Positions 1 to 12,830 are shown, counted from the stretch's first letter. The stretch: 64,000 bases of DNA from Azolla caroliniana (GCA_043228905.1 JBHGNT010000021.1:1488001-1552000), one strand, 5' to 3'. Notes: generated from the letters alone by a model not told the origin. Made by a program: numbers and translations.

Positions 1-336
1 AAGGTGTCTGTTCGCAGGTGCAGATCTCAGCTTTCTGCTGACAGATGGTTTCAGAGATCGATTCCCGGGGATGGAGGCATTCGTACTATAATTATCTTTT
101 CTTTTATCATTGTCATCTCCATCTCCATCTCCATCATTGCCATCATTAGCGTCGTCATCACCATCATCAATTGTGACAGTTCCGTCCCCTAATTCTGTGT
201 TTCTTATGTGATCATAGTCTTCTTTATGCGTGTCATTATTGGTCAGGATCCTGATCGGATCGGAATGATCGCCATGGTCAGGGTTAATGAGTGAATTCCT
301 ATCTACATTGTTATATACGCTGGCTAGAGAATCCAT
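1..336 (-). CDS. Partial CDS (5' end) of an unidentified protein with an acidic, low-complexity N-terminus; runs off the left edge
   Basis: ATG at 336 in GGCCATGG context, open for 112 codons to position 1 (MDSLASVYNNVDRNSLINPDHGDHSDPIRIL...DDGDDDANDGNDGDGDGDDNDKRKD...RKLRSAPANRHL). It is missing from the ORF track, probably because there is no stop in the window. A CTT/CT-rich leader at ~665-760 resembles a plant 5' UTR. Confidence 0.55.
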   Translation of the reverse strand, partial: MDSLASVYNNVDRNSLINPDHGDHSDPIRILTNNDTHKEDYDHIRNTELGDGTVTIDDGDDDANDGNDGDGDGDDNDKRKDNYSTNASIPGNRSLKPSVSRKLRSAPANRHL

Positions 337-754
337 GGCCAGAGACGAGTTTTTCCGAAATTTAAACAGGCACGTAAATGGAAAGAAAGAGCAGAGATTA
401 CACCATATGAATACAGGCAGCCATGTGACAGGAACTTAGAAGGAGAAGGAGATTAAAACTTCAGGATTTAAACAGATGATGCAACAGTCAGAGGTATGAG
501 TGGATGGATTGGATTGGACGATGCAAATTATGGATTTGACGGGAAGAGATTGAAGAAGAGGATGCGCTGCTACAGTTTGTTGAATGCAGGGAAGTGGTCT
601 TCTTATGCTGCGGATTAACGCAGGGGCGACGAAGCAGCCATTGCTAATTCAGGCAAATGGCTTTTCCTGAAGAAGAAGAAGAAGAAGAAAGAAGAAGAAG
701 CCTGCAGACGAAGAAGAAGAAGACGACTATACAGAGAGAGCGAGCGAGAGAGAG

Positions 755-1522
755 AGAGAGGTCCCGCTGGCGTGGCGCTAATCAGCCGACGTGTCCGCCA
801 CGTCATCTGGCGTCGTCCTGCCACGTCATCAGGTGCCACGTCTCCTGCCACGTCGGCAGTTCCTGAAAGAGAGAGGGGTCCCGCTGGCGTGCCACTAATC
901 AGCTGACGCTTCCGCCACTTCATCATGTGCCTGTCTTCCGCCACGTCAGAGTTCCCGGGAGAGAGAGGCCCCGCTGGCGTGCCACTAATCAACAGACGTG
1001 TCCGCTACGTCATCAGAGTTTAGGGAGCCGACGTGTCCGCCACGTCATCAGGTGCCCGTCTCCTGCCACGTCGGCAGTTCGTGAAAGAGAGAAAGAAAGA
1101 AAGAAAGATATATTAACGTCTTCTATGTCCAAAATTGGGCCATGCTAGCCAATTAATCAGCTGGCCTGCCACTAATCAGCTGACGTGTCCGCCACATCAT
1201 CAGGTGCCTGCCTTCCGCCACGTCAGAGTTCCTGGGAGAGAGGCGCCACTAATATGCTCACGTGTCCGCCACGTCATCAGGCATCATCCTGCCACGTAAT
1301 CAGGTGCCCGTCTTCTGCCACGGCAGTTCGTGAAAGAGGGAGAAAGAGAGGTTCCGCCGGGGTGCCACTAATCAGCTGACGTGTCTGGCACGTCTTCAGG
1401 TGCCTGTCTTCCGCCACGTAAGAGCTCCCGGGAGAGAGAGGTCCCGTTGGCGTGGCACTAATCAGCTGACGTGCCCGTCACGTCATCAGATCCCAGCCTT
1501 CTGCCACGTCGGCAGTTCCCGG
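755..1522. repeat. Degenerate GC-rich tandem array (~7-8 units of ~85-115 bp) rich in ACGT cores
   Basis: Recurrent unit GTCCCGCTGGCGTGCCACTAATCAGCTGACGTGTCCGCCACGTCATCAGGTGCC...CTGCCACGTCGGCAGTTC, with units starting near 761, 878, 968, 1165, 1241, 1352 and 1441. Confidence 0.9.
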
Positions 1523-3934
1523 GCCATACAAGAGAATATACATAAAATACATACGCAATGGAAGAAGAATAATAATATCATTATTTTATTTTATTTTTAT
1601 TATGTGTTCGTGTGTTTTTGTTTTTAATTTAATTCTTGGTTTTGTTTTTTTGTTTTATTGATCATTTTTAATTGCTTTTTCTTTGAGCATCTATTCTTCC
1701 TTCCTTGTCCGGAAACGCAAACGCAAAAGCAAACTACTTACTACATAGTGCATAGTAGATACATAACATATTAGGTAGTAGGTACAATTAACTAACGAAC
1801 ACGAAATGATGCAATCTTTGGCCGGCCGGCTGGACACCGTCTGTTGTCCCCGATTCTCGACCGACACTCATTACTGTAGTCCCACATACCAGACACCCCC
1901 CGTGAATCGTGTTTGCCCTTCCAAGAACCTTTTGGACCTTTTGTTTTGTGCCCTTCCGAGGACGTAAAAAAAATCCACGCCCAAATGAAATTCTTTTAAA
2001 AATCCACGTCCAATGTAGTTATGCTATGTATGTATATGATATACCCCCCCACGGTGCTTTGCACGAGACGTCGATGATTGATTGTTCACCATTTTAAGTA
2101 TTTGTTGAGTATTTACGTATTGATATTCCAACTTCCAAGTCTTCTTCTTCTCTTATGTGTGTCTTGAAGATGTCACTTCTTCGAGCTTTGAGTTATGAAA
2201 TTCCTTTTGTACTAAGAGAACCCTCCGTTTTCATTGTTTTTCTTTTCTTTATGACCGCCCTAGAATTCCGTTTATGGAAATCAAACCCCTCTTATTTAAG
2301 AATGACAGATAAGATGCCCTGTACCATATATAGATAGCCCTTCTCTTATTTCCTCGATTCTCAAGGCGCAAGAGGAGATCAATATCGGGAGCCACGACCT
2401 CAATTATTTAAGGTTTATTATATCTTCAAACAACATTATAGAATGCTGTTTTTTATAGTCACCCTTGCTTATCGATCGAAGATTCCGTGGTCGCTCTCTA
2501 AAAAATCTTATTTTGTCATTTGATAAAACTTAGAGATATTATTTACATGCACGTCACTTTATGGTCACAACAGACCATTGGGTTTATAAGAAAATAGTTT
2601 TGCAATGCAAAGGTAGATGGGCAGTGCTGATTCAAGACTTTGATTTTATCAATCCTTAACATGGTTACGTGATTTACATTTTGATCTTGAGGAGAATATC
2701 TTGAAGAAAATTTCTTTAAAATATGTACATTGGACCAAATCTAAATGTAGTGAAGATACCATTAAAAACACCACACCCAAGAAAATCAACCTCTCACATT
2801 ATTTAGTGGTCTACTATGCAAACACATGTATTGGAGAGGAACGTGTTAAAGCTCGCATTATATAAATGGATGGAGATACATTGTATTGAATGAAGTGATA
2901 TCCCACTCGCTTTCCCCATCAATTTGTTTCGAGTCTAGACTTCTTTGCAAGTACACATAGAATGTATTATAAAAGCTATGGGCTCCCTTGTATCTTGTGT
3001 TGATTTATACTCAATATATAGTTAATCATTATTGGTTTGTTAAAATATGCCATACACAAGATTATTGACGCCTTATATATTAATATATTATCAATCCCTT
3101 AATAAAGTTTGCATACTCTATTGTAATGGGCGTTTCTATGTCTAGATATCCCAAAGGTCAAAAATTCGTTTGGAATACCATATGCACCTTTAGTTGGACA
3201 CCTTGGAATATATTATATACTCATTCTAATCTCAAATGGTAAATTATGGCAATATTGTACAATATTGTGTAATCAAATGTTTTCAAGACCTCGTTGCCAT
3301 AAGAACCAATCCTAATTGGATATACATGTAGCACATGATTTCAGAATTGTCCATGAAATTTAAGAATGTACACCGCATCCCTCCCGATATCCATGATGTC
3401 AACAGGAAGTGATCTAGTCTCAAGAGGAGCATGTGTTGTTCATGTATGTTAACGTTGAAGAAACTTCATAAAAAATAAGTTTTTTGTCCATCTATCCTCA
3501 TGGACACATAGATGTTGTTATAACCCATGGTAAAGCATCGAAGACGCGCTATTTCTTGAGAATTTACCATTTCATTTCCCCTCCATTGCATATATTAGGA
3601 TGAGCAAATTAAGAACTCTTTCACAGTTGGAAAAGGAGAGTCACATATTCATTCCATGCCCAATTGTTAGGAACCTTATGCATGTGGTATTTGAGGCTTT
3701 CTCACAATTGGCTCACTAATGTAAACCATGCATAATTTATCCTTATTAAGTGTCTTCACAACATGACATTAGTGTTAATGTTTTAGATAACACTAAGGAT
3801 ACAAAAGTTTACGAAGATTTTAATTGTGCAACTTTTAAAGATATCCTAAAAGCACCACATAATCTCTTAAAGATTTTCTTATTGTACGAACATGTCCACC
3901 ATTTATTCTTGCTCAACACCAATAAAGCTAGAAA

Positions 3935-4223
3935 GAAGTTTGAAAATCTATTTCTCATACACATTGCAAAGCACATTCTCATAGATGTGAGAACTAACAA
4001 AGTATATATTTGATTGGTACTCCAAAGATGAACTTTGAAAATCTGTTTCTCATACACATATTGCAAAGCACATTCTCATAGATGTGAGAACTAATGAAGC
4101 ATATATTTGATTGGTACTCCAAAGATGAAGTTTGAAAATCTGTTTCTCATACTCATATTGCAAAGCACATTCTCATAGATGTGAGAACTAACGAAGTCTA
4201 TATTTGATTGGTACTCCAAAGAT
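3935..4223. repeat. Tandem repeat, 3 copies of a 95-97-bp unit
   Basis: Units start at 3935, 4030 and 4127 (GAA(G/C)TTTGAAAATCT...GGTACTCCAAAGAT). Each contains the small inverted repeat TTCTCA-TAGATG-TGAGAA. Confidence 0.92.
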
Positions 4224-4341
4224 GCGCACGCACACAATATAGAAATATTTATTGAAGTCTAGGAAGCAACAATAAAAATACGCCTTTCAAATGACTTTTC
4301 TCCATAATGACTTGAAGATATATAACAATGTGATCGATGAT

Positions 4342-4634
4342 TAACAATTGGCAACGGTTCGGTAGAAATTGTTTTTAAACAACTTTTCATTTTTAGACCT
4401 TATTCTCGCATTTTAGGAAAATCTTAAAATTTTTTAAAAAATGAAATATTATAAATTTTAAAAAATTAAAAATTTGACCTATGTTGAAAACTAAAACCGA
4501 ACCACGAAACTGCGGTTTTACGATTTAATGGTTTGAAAAATGTTTAGCGATTCGGTTTAATGGTTTCGTGGTTCGGTTCGGTTCAGTTCAAGTTTCAAAA
4601 AAAATTTAATGGTTCGATTTGCTGCTGATTGTTA
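4342..4634. mobile_element. hAT-type MITE (non-autonomous DNA transposon)
   Basis: Imperfect TIRs: TAACAATTGGCAAC on the left, GCTGCTGATTGTTA on the right. Internal GGTTC/AACCG repeats. 8-bp TSD TCGATGAT at 4334-4341, with an intact right copy at 5059-5066 displaced by the solo-LTR insertion. Confidence 0.75.
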
Positions 4635-4636
4635 TC

Positions 4637-5055
4637 TATAAATAATCAACAGATGGATTTTGTGCAGCGGAATAGATATGGACTGTGTGTGTGTATGAGA
4701 GAGAGAGTGTGTGTGTATGTGTGTGTGTGTGTGTGTGTGAGTGAGAGAGACAAGGAGTAAGACACAGAGAATACGCAAGGTAAAGTATATTAACAAAGGA
4801 GAAAGACTCAACACAATACAAGGTGGGAGGAGGGTGTTTTATATAGTCACCCTCTCTCTTCATTAACTACAAGACTCATGGAGCATGGGGAATGTGAAAG
4901 CTCATAAGTTATGTGTCATAGAATATGATTTTATGACTCATACTAAATGCTAGAATACAAAGTGGTGACATAATGGTGACTCTTGACCGTGGGAGTGTCT
5001 ATTCACTCTCAAGGTGAGTTCACACACTAGACCAAGTTGAGCTTGATTCTCAACA
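4637..5055 (-). mobile_element. Solo LTR (419 bp)
   Basis: Flanked by the 5-bp direct repeat TTATC (4632-4636 and 5056-5060). On the minus strand it begins TGTTGAGAATC and ends ...TTTATA (TA rather than CA). It has a TATA-like CTATATAAAA near 4837-4846 followed by CT/CA microsatellites, as in U3-R-U5. Confidence 0.7.
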
Positions 5056-5389
5056 TTATCGATGATCTTATGATGGTTCCTAGAACCAACTCATCTACAT
5101 GTTCTCTAATTTCCATTCTCTTCAACCCACAAACTTCGACTTGCTCCCATTACACATCCAAATAACTTTGTCATAAGAGGAAGTGCAACAAATGGAATGA
5201 TACATCTTCTCCTAAGCCATGATACATTAGCGTTACAAAAAAGTCACATTCATAAATTAATTAATGTGTAAAACACCCAAATATGAATAGGTTTGGTGAG
5301 TCAGTTAGTTTAAAATTCGATTTATCTAAGATAAAAATAACTATTCTACATATTTTTACATGAGAACAAGATCTAACTTGATACATTTG

Positions 5390-6917
5390 GATTAGAAATG
5401 ATGATGGTATGATGCTTGGCCAGAAAAAATACTTGCCATGGGGGCAAATGGTAGGGTACAATGTTAGTTCAGAAAGAGACTGGGAGAATTTCAAACGGAA
5501 AAGAACTGAGCGTCTAGTTGGTAGTCCTAGGTTTACTAACAGGCTGGAAAAGGTGATCCGTTTGATAGATAAGGTTGTTGATGGTCTAGCTAGGCTGAAT
5601 GAAGAAGAGGGGGTCTGGTTTGGGTGGTTTGTAGGTGAGGGCGATGCACAAATTATCTGAGGCAGGTGCCCATCTAATGAGTATCATTTGTGGGGCAACC
5701 TAAGTGTTGTGGCAGACAATGGCCAATGGTTGGTAGTGTGAGTGGTAGTGTTGGAAGGTAAGAAGTGCCAAGTAAACCCGGACCCAGGGAAGTTGGAATC
5801 TTATTGTAAGCTTTGGATAGTTGACAACAAGCCCATATGTGATTTGGATTGGGATCCACTAGAGGTGTGGTGGCAGAAACCGGGAACGGACAAACTGGAA
5901 CGGTTTTTCAAGTACACTACTAAGCTAGGAAGGCAAATCATTGGCTCCAAGTCGATGGGTGCTGCTCTAACTTGCAATAGTTGGAAGGATAAAGGCCTTT
6001 CTGATGACTTGTTGAAGTCGTTTTGGAGGAGGCTATGGGCGTTCGATATGCTAGAAAAAATAAAGCTTTGATTGTGGCTTCTTAGTCATAAAGCGGTACC
6101 GGTGGGGGAGTGGCTTAGGTGTTGTGGTGGTGAGGCTAGTTGCAAGATTTGTGGACACCCTTTTGAATCAATTCCTCATTTTTTTTGGAATTGCAGAGAG
6201 GCTATTAACATTTGGGGTAGAAGTCTCAGGATAGTGGCAGCATGCGGCGTGAATGGGAGAGTTGTATGGGGGTCCATACAAGGGCTAAAGTTAACAGGGG
6301 AAGGTTGGGTTGAACAGTTAAACACCCACGGTCATGGATTTATAGTGCAGGGTGGCAAGGTGTTTCAACGGGTTGGAGTTCAACCTGGCACTAACTCAGA
6401 ATTTTTTGAAGAGATATGGACGATGGTGGCTTGTTTATCGGTCTGGCACATTTGTACCAGGCGTTGTAAGTTTGTTTTTCAACAACAAAAGATCCCTAGC
6501 GGTGAGGTGTTATTAAATATCTGGTTTGAGTTGGTATCTTGGATGCGGGGACGATACGACTCGATTAAGGGGGAATCAAATGCAACTGAAAGAACTTGAT
6601 CAAAGTTCTTGTTGAAATGGGGTAGTTCTCCTATGGTGGGCAGATCATCATCAGGGCTTCAATGGAACTACCAAGCACCCCGATGGTTGTTTCCCCCAAC
6701 GGTTTCCATCAGTGACTAGGTGATGTAAATATGTATAGATATGGTACAAATTACTAGGTTATAGGAGTTATTTGGATACTTTTGTTGAAAATGAGGTGGG
6801 GACTATGTCCACTTTGGTGGGAAGGCCAGAGTGAGGGTTGATGAGAGGAATTTTTGGTGATCTATGATGTAATTTGTTTGCTAACTAATGCGAAGTAGTG
6901 TTTTTTTTATAAAAAAA
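5390..6917 (+). mobile_element. 5'-truncated L1-clade LINE (ORF2 C-terminus with zf-RVT), inactivated by in-frame stops
   Basis: ORFs 5409-5660, 5742-6071 and 6072-6599 share one frame, which continues to WNYQAPRWLFPP* at 6719. zf-RVT-like motif WLLSHKAVPVGEWL...CKICGHPFESIPHFFWNC. Poly(A) starts at 6911. 15-bp TSD AACTT(G/A)ATACATTTG at 5375-5389 and 6918-6932. Confidence 0.88.
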
Positions 6918-6932
6918 AACTTAATACATTTG

Positions 6933-9400
6933 AAATACAATCGAGTTTGTTTTGGGCACAAGATCATATTCCAACAAATAACTTACACATATGTGCTTTC
7001 TCCCTCATGTCACTTAAGAAGTCAAATGTGAAATAACTCCCCATTATATAGGATTTAATGTAGACTTTAGTATCTAAAAGGTTTATTATGTATATAATAT
7101 ATTATTGTACAAAGTTGAACTTTCATATGATTTTTAGGCCATTTGCCCATTTCACATGTCTATGTCATCTACTAGATCTTCTAATATGACGTGTTACACG
7201 CCACCTACAAGATCTTCTATTGTGTTAAATATTATGTTTCATGTTGCAAGAAAATTGACGTATTTACTCCATAGGAATCATACTCTCCATCTCCTCTCTC
7301 TATATCTATCACCAACACGTCATCATCAAGACAGTTCAAATTCCTCAAGTTATGTTGGTTAAATTTGTAGAATCCCATCCTTATTTATTGGTTCCATTGA
7401 AAAACATGTAAGAAAAGGAATGTTAAATAAAGTGAAATGCATTCCTAGGAATAAGGTACACATATCCACGAAGCCAAGTAGTAGGGAATTAGAGCAATTC
7501 TTATGGCAAATTTCACCCAAATATAGGGCAAACTTTGTATTTTGGTTCATTTGGCTTGATCCTTATAAAGTTTCATAAGATTTACATTCCAATTAGGTAG
7601 GTCACACATTCTTAAGGAGAGTTTCCATTCTTCACTCCCCATGAAACAAGAAGGTTGTTTAGCAAATACATGTTGGGGAGTAAGGTATATAATGGGAAAC
7701 TTTTGTTGAGGTGGAAACATTTCTACTTTAACCAACAATAGCAATATGAAACTTTATTCATGATGGTTGTGTTGGTTTGCTATAAGTGTGACTATATATG
7801 TCCAATTTGGGAAATGATATAAAAACCTCTCTTTCTCTTTCTTTGGTTTTCTTTCTCTTATTTGTGTGCCATACTTTTTGCTTAGGAATGTAGTAAGTCT
7901 AAGCATGATATTTAAGGAGACAAGTGACAAACATGTGCATTCTCACATGTCTACCCAAGGTAATGAAACAAGCATGTATATTCCTTTTCCGCCTGACTTT
8001 TCGTTCTAAAGTCTAAGTTCATAAATTGCATGATTGTTTGGTGAAATCTGTTCGACCCTAGAAGTCCTATGTGTATTGTAAGTGTGAATTGATGTTTCTA
8101 TCTTTTCTCATGAAATAGGGTAAATAGAAATGAAGGTCGCATGCATTGCAATCCTTAAAATATATGGAAACTAAATTAAAGGTATGTGTTTGTAAAAATA
8201 AATGAAGCCATACTAAATGAGAAAATGTTCAATATTGGTACCAAAGTTTGATGATAGGCCAAAGTAGTATAGGAAACTTGCAAACTAATTATTTTGTGTA
8301 AGGACGTATCTTACTAAGCAAGAGTGAAGTTGAAATGCTCATATTGGAGCATGTGTAGGAACAATCAATTTTATCCTAACAAGGAACGAGTCGTGCAATG
8401 CTTGTAAAAACTATTTGTGTCCTTCTCACCTGTTTCTAACGAAAAGTTATATTACACGATGATCCTCTCTTTATTCTGCGTTTACTTTCTCAACTATCCA
8501 TTTGGATGAGAAATTGATCAAATAGAACCTATATAGGATTCTTTTCCTCCGAGAAGGTGCAGTAAATGATCATAGGTTGAGTCTAGATGAAAGACAAAAA
8601 TGTTGATGCTTTCTCCAGCTAATGTTATTCAATAGTATAGTATTAGTATGGAGTAAGCTAAGCGATATTCATTGCAAGAGATGGATTGTTTTAGTGTGGG
8701 AGGCAATGAGGCATAAAAGAGAGAATTACATTGGCCATTAAATTTCTATCACAATATTGTAGCTTTGCATTTATAGAGAGGTTGTTCAGCACATGAGAGA
8801 GATTGCAACCAAGAAGAGAAACCATTATGCACTAAGAAAACCAATGTCTTAGCTTTTGTTGTGGCAAATATGTGTATGGTGAGCTTTTTTCTATACTTGA
8901 TAATGCAAGTGAAATTTGTATTGGCTTGCACAAGAAAGGAAGTATTTCCCTTATAGCTAGGGTTGTTGGAAATGAACATGCGCCAAATTTTGAAGATCTA
9001 GACAAGAGGATATTGATGGAATTGATGAGGAACACAATGAAGCTAATGTTATTCCTAATGAGCTTAAGAAGTGGTGAGAGTTTTAGGGATGAAATATACA
9101 AAACCTATTTTGTTAAGTCTTGTCCTAAAATCTAAACCCTTAAATTTAAAATTTTGAATGTTATATGTTTCGTAATTTCATGTTCTTGTTCCCAAAACAT
9201 TCTCCTTTCAAGTTAATGGGACCTACGCCACTCGTAAAAGCCACCTCTGATGAGGTATCCAGCCATTCCATAATTTCTTTGACTTTAACTACATCCAATT
9301 CAATATTGCAAATGGCTCAAAAAACATTTTCTCTTCAAAAAAATCACATATGGAAACGTTTCCACGCAATATGATGTGCCTAAAGCAAATCAAGGACGTT
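6933..9400 (-). mobile_element. Ancient, heavily decayed LINE-like relic, probably the host of the younger insertions and continuing at ~5067-5374
   Basis: Only weak translated remnants: a GSEEWKLSLR-like stretch near 7620, an RT-like stretch near 8700-8900, and a zf-RVT-like WL..VIWMC..W remnant at 5120-5230. Boundaries are approximate. Confidence 0.3.
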
Positions 9401-10366
9401 TTGAAGATGGTCCAAGAAGATATCTAGAAAGAACTATACACAAGAATATCCTCCTAAAACTTCTTTGGTGTCATAAAAATAGTTGGAGAATTAATGTCAT
9501 ATGGCATGACCAATAACTCTTAATGGCCAAAATGTATGTGTATACGAAACCTTATTTCAAGCGCATCTTCATCTTTTGTATAAATTTGTTTGTGGAGATA
9601 ATTTTCCTAGTGTATGGTTATGGCATGATTGTTTCTTAAGTTTCATCATGTTTTGAGTTTATTGAAACAAATATTCAATGCACATAACTTTGATCTTTCT
9701 AATCAAACATACAGTTTCTACAAATGTCATGCAAGATTTAACAGCAATCATATCTGACCTTCTTAACATAAAAGATACCCACTATCTTCTTCAATCACAT
9801 TCATGTAGTTAATTTTCCACTTATAATGTCAATATAATTGAACAGGCTCAAAGACCTTAGCTTGACAAAAAATCCAAACCAAGAAATATCTAAAATCTAG
9901 ATTACGTTCCTAAATCTTGGGAGATGTTATGAGTTTGAGAAGGGACTTGAAAGCTAGGACCTTTTTCACCTTTTTCACCTTTTTGTATCATGCTACCTAT
10001 TAGCGACACAACAGCAATGCTAGCCCGACAGTATTAACTATGTACTTCAAAAGTAATTTTCACAAACTCGGCAAATATTTAACTCGCTTTTGGGTGTCCA
10101 TACAATTATCCATATTAGCATGAAGAGACATAATCGAAAATATGTAAAATAAATAGAAATTGAAACGAGTTTTTTATTTGTGGAAATAAAAGTTGGAGGA
10201 TTTTGGAAATCATGAAATATGCCAAAATTGTACACATTCTCAATGAGAAAACATCTGTAATACATGGTGAACCACTCTCTTGAAATTCATTGCAGGAATT
10301 TCCAAATTAATATGAATGTTTCCAAAACTTTAAAACTTATTGATCGGGTTTTTTTCTTTGAACAAA

Positions 10367-12830
10367 TTAAAATGCCTTCTTTTCGTATGAAACTAAATGG
10401 TGAACTCCCCCTTCCGCCTGAGCAGCACCAGTACGAACCTATACGTCCGGTTCATCAAGAAATCAATATATACAAAAACAAACAAACGCTCAAGAAACAC
10501 ACACATGCATTTATGTACCTCAAGCCTAATCTTGCCATTTGCAAGGGAGCTGTGCGCTTCATGTATAGACTTCACTCCAAGATCTTGGAATCCTTGTTTA
10601 ACAGCATGCATTGTATATGGTAATATCTTGAGAATCGATCCTTTGTCAGCTACAGCACCTGAAACACCTTGGGCAATCTTGAGCTTCGACTTATCTCCCA
10701 AGTAACGAGAATCACTACCCTTTGTCATGGCCTCAAGAGACCCCATTCCTCTGTACTTCTTAACACGACACCCATTCTGTAACAGTTTTCAGGGCTTTTA
10801 ATTGTGAGAATCATGTATGGTATCAACAATGAGTTTACCCAGAATTTGCTGAACACACACAATTTCAATATGCAATAGCACTGCTATTGCTTTAATTGGT
10901 TTTTTGGATTGCGGATCGCATATCCAACTTTCACATGGATTCCTCATTATAAAATGTCTCATAGTGGTTTGTGCTCATTACATACTAGATAATTAAAACT
11001 TGCAAAATCTTATCTCACCACATTAAATTTCATGAAATTCACAACAATAAATGCAAAGATGAAAGATGCCTGTAATCTGTTCACATGTATTGTTTCTCAA
11101 AGATTGGGGAGTCTTTCTTTCCAGTATGGGAAAGTGTCTATAAAACTCCTCATGAAACTTTACATAGGCTTTTCCGAGTGCATTAAGGCTCACCTGGTAA
11201 AAGTACTCACCGGGAGCTTCAGTTGTGCCAGCAAGGAAGCTTCCCATCATGACCGTCGATGCTCCTAGGACGAGGGCCTTAACAATATGCCCCGAGTAAG
11301 TGATGCCACCATCTGCAATGATTGGCACACCCAATTGCTTTGCAAGAGATGCTGTCTTGTACACAGCAGTAGCCTGGCGAAACAAATACAAAGGCTCTCC
11401 TTTCAAATCAATACATAAAAAGTATATAGCACATCATCTCTTCTCCTTTTCAAAGATGAATTAAAATGCATACAAAGGATTTTCCTTTCAAATCGATATT
11501 ATAGAGCACATAACATTTCCACAAACCTAGCAGAAATGCAAGATCTATTATTCAAATTGTAGGATATGGCATACACATACATTCTTCACATCCCATTTCT
11601 CAATTCAAAACTAAATTAACATGAATAAAAGAACAATCCTGGCTAGAAAATGCATACATAGAACCTAAAAGGCATGGATACAACTAATGGAAAACACATG
11701 CAAGCTCTTCTTCAAAGGGTTAAAATTTAAGTAAAAATACATACAAACATATATGACACATTCTTTCGAATTAGACTTTAGCATTAATCACAATCACTAA
11801 CCTGGCCTCTTCCGACAGCACAAACTTCTTGCGTGGTGCAAATAGATCCGGACCCCATGCCCACACGTAGAGCATCAGCACCTGCTTCAATAAGGTTTCT
11901 AGCTTGGTAGCTCGTGACAACATTTCCAGCTATGACATCTAACTGGGGGTAAGCTTTCTTTGAAAAGGCCAACATTTCCTTCTGATAGATAGAATCGCCT
12001 TGTGAACTATCAAGAACAACCACATCCACACCAGCTTCCACAAGCATGTGAAGTCTTTGTTTATCATTTTCTCGGGTCCCGATGGCCGCCCCAACAAGAG
12101 GCTTTCCATCAGACCCAAGTGAAGGTGGGCCTCCACATGGTGGGAAATCTCTTTGCTTCAAAAGATCATTTCTACACAGAAGACTTACTACTTCTCCACC
12201 CTCTGACACTATGGGCAATAAACTCTTTTTGCTTTGAATGAGTATTCTGGAAATTTCTTCAAAACTAGCCCCTTCCGGAGCCGTGACAAGATCAGTCACC
12301 ATAACTTCTCGAAGTTCCGTGAATCTATCAGTTACAAAATCGATATCTCGATTCGTAACAATCCCCAAAAGTTTAGAATTAACATTCCCATCCTCGGTAA
12401 TGAGAACCGAAGAGAACCCTCGATTCTTTTTTAGCACATCAATCTCAAATATTTTATCGCATGGCTTTAAGCAAACAGGGTCATTAACAAAGCCTACCTT
12501 TAAGGCCTTAGCTTTTTTCACCATGGAAGCTTGCTCATGGGGGCTGGTGTTGTAATGGAGAATGCCAATGCCACCAACATATGCCATGGATGAAGCCATA
12601 GAAGCTTCAGTAACAGTATCCATGGGAGAGGAGACACAAGGTGTTCTCAAGAGTATGTTTCTAGTCAAGCGGCTAGAGAGATCGACTGTGTCGACCGCAA
12701 AGTCGATGTGTTTAGGGTGGAAGATGATATCGTCGTAGGTGTAAGAGAAACCTTGGTTGAACATGGAGGAGGCTGTAAACCCATCATCCTCCTCTACTGA
12801 TGCAGACAAGATGCCATAGCCATTCTCCAT
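10367..12830 (-). CDS. IMPDH: Inosine-5'-monophosphate dehydrogenase (512 aa, 4 exons)
   Basis: Exons 12830-11802, 11373-11194, 10776-10519 and 10438-10367; all GT-AG, phase 0, 1539 nt. Motifs: [23 protein letters not shown] pair, catalytic [30 protein letters not shown], and C-terminal [18 protein letters not shown]. Confidence 0.97.

Noticed and set aside
615-1627. Several 60-125-aa ORFs on both strands
   Set aside because: They are translations of the GC-rich repeat array and GAA/GA microsatellites.
2340-3930. Possible decayed transposase region
   Set aside because: It looks like old TE-derived DNA, but I could read no diagnostic motif or terminus, so I made no call.
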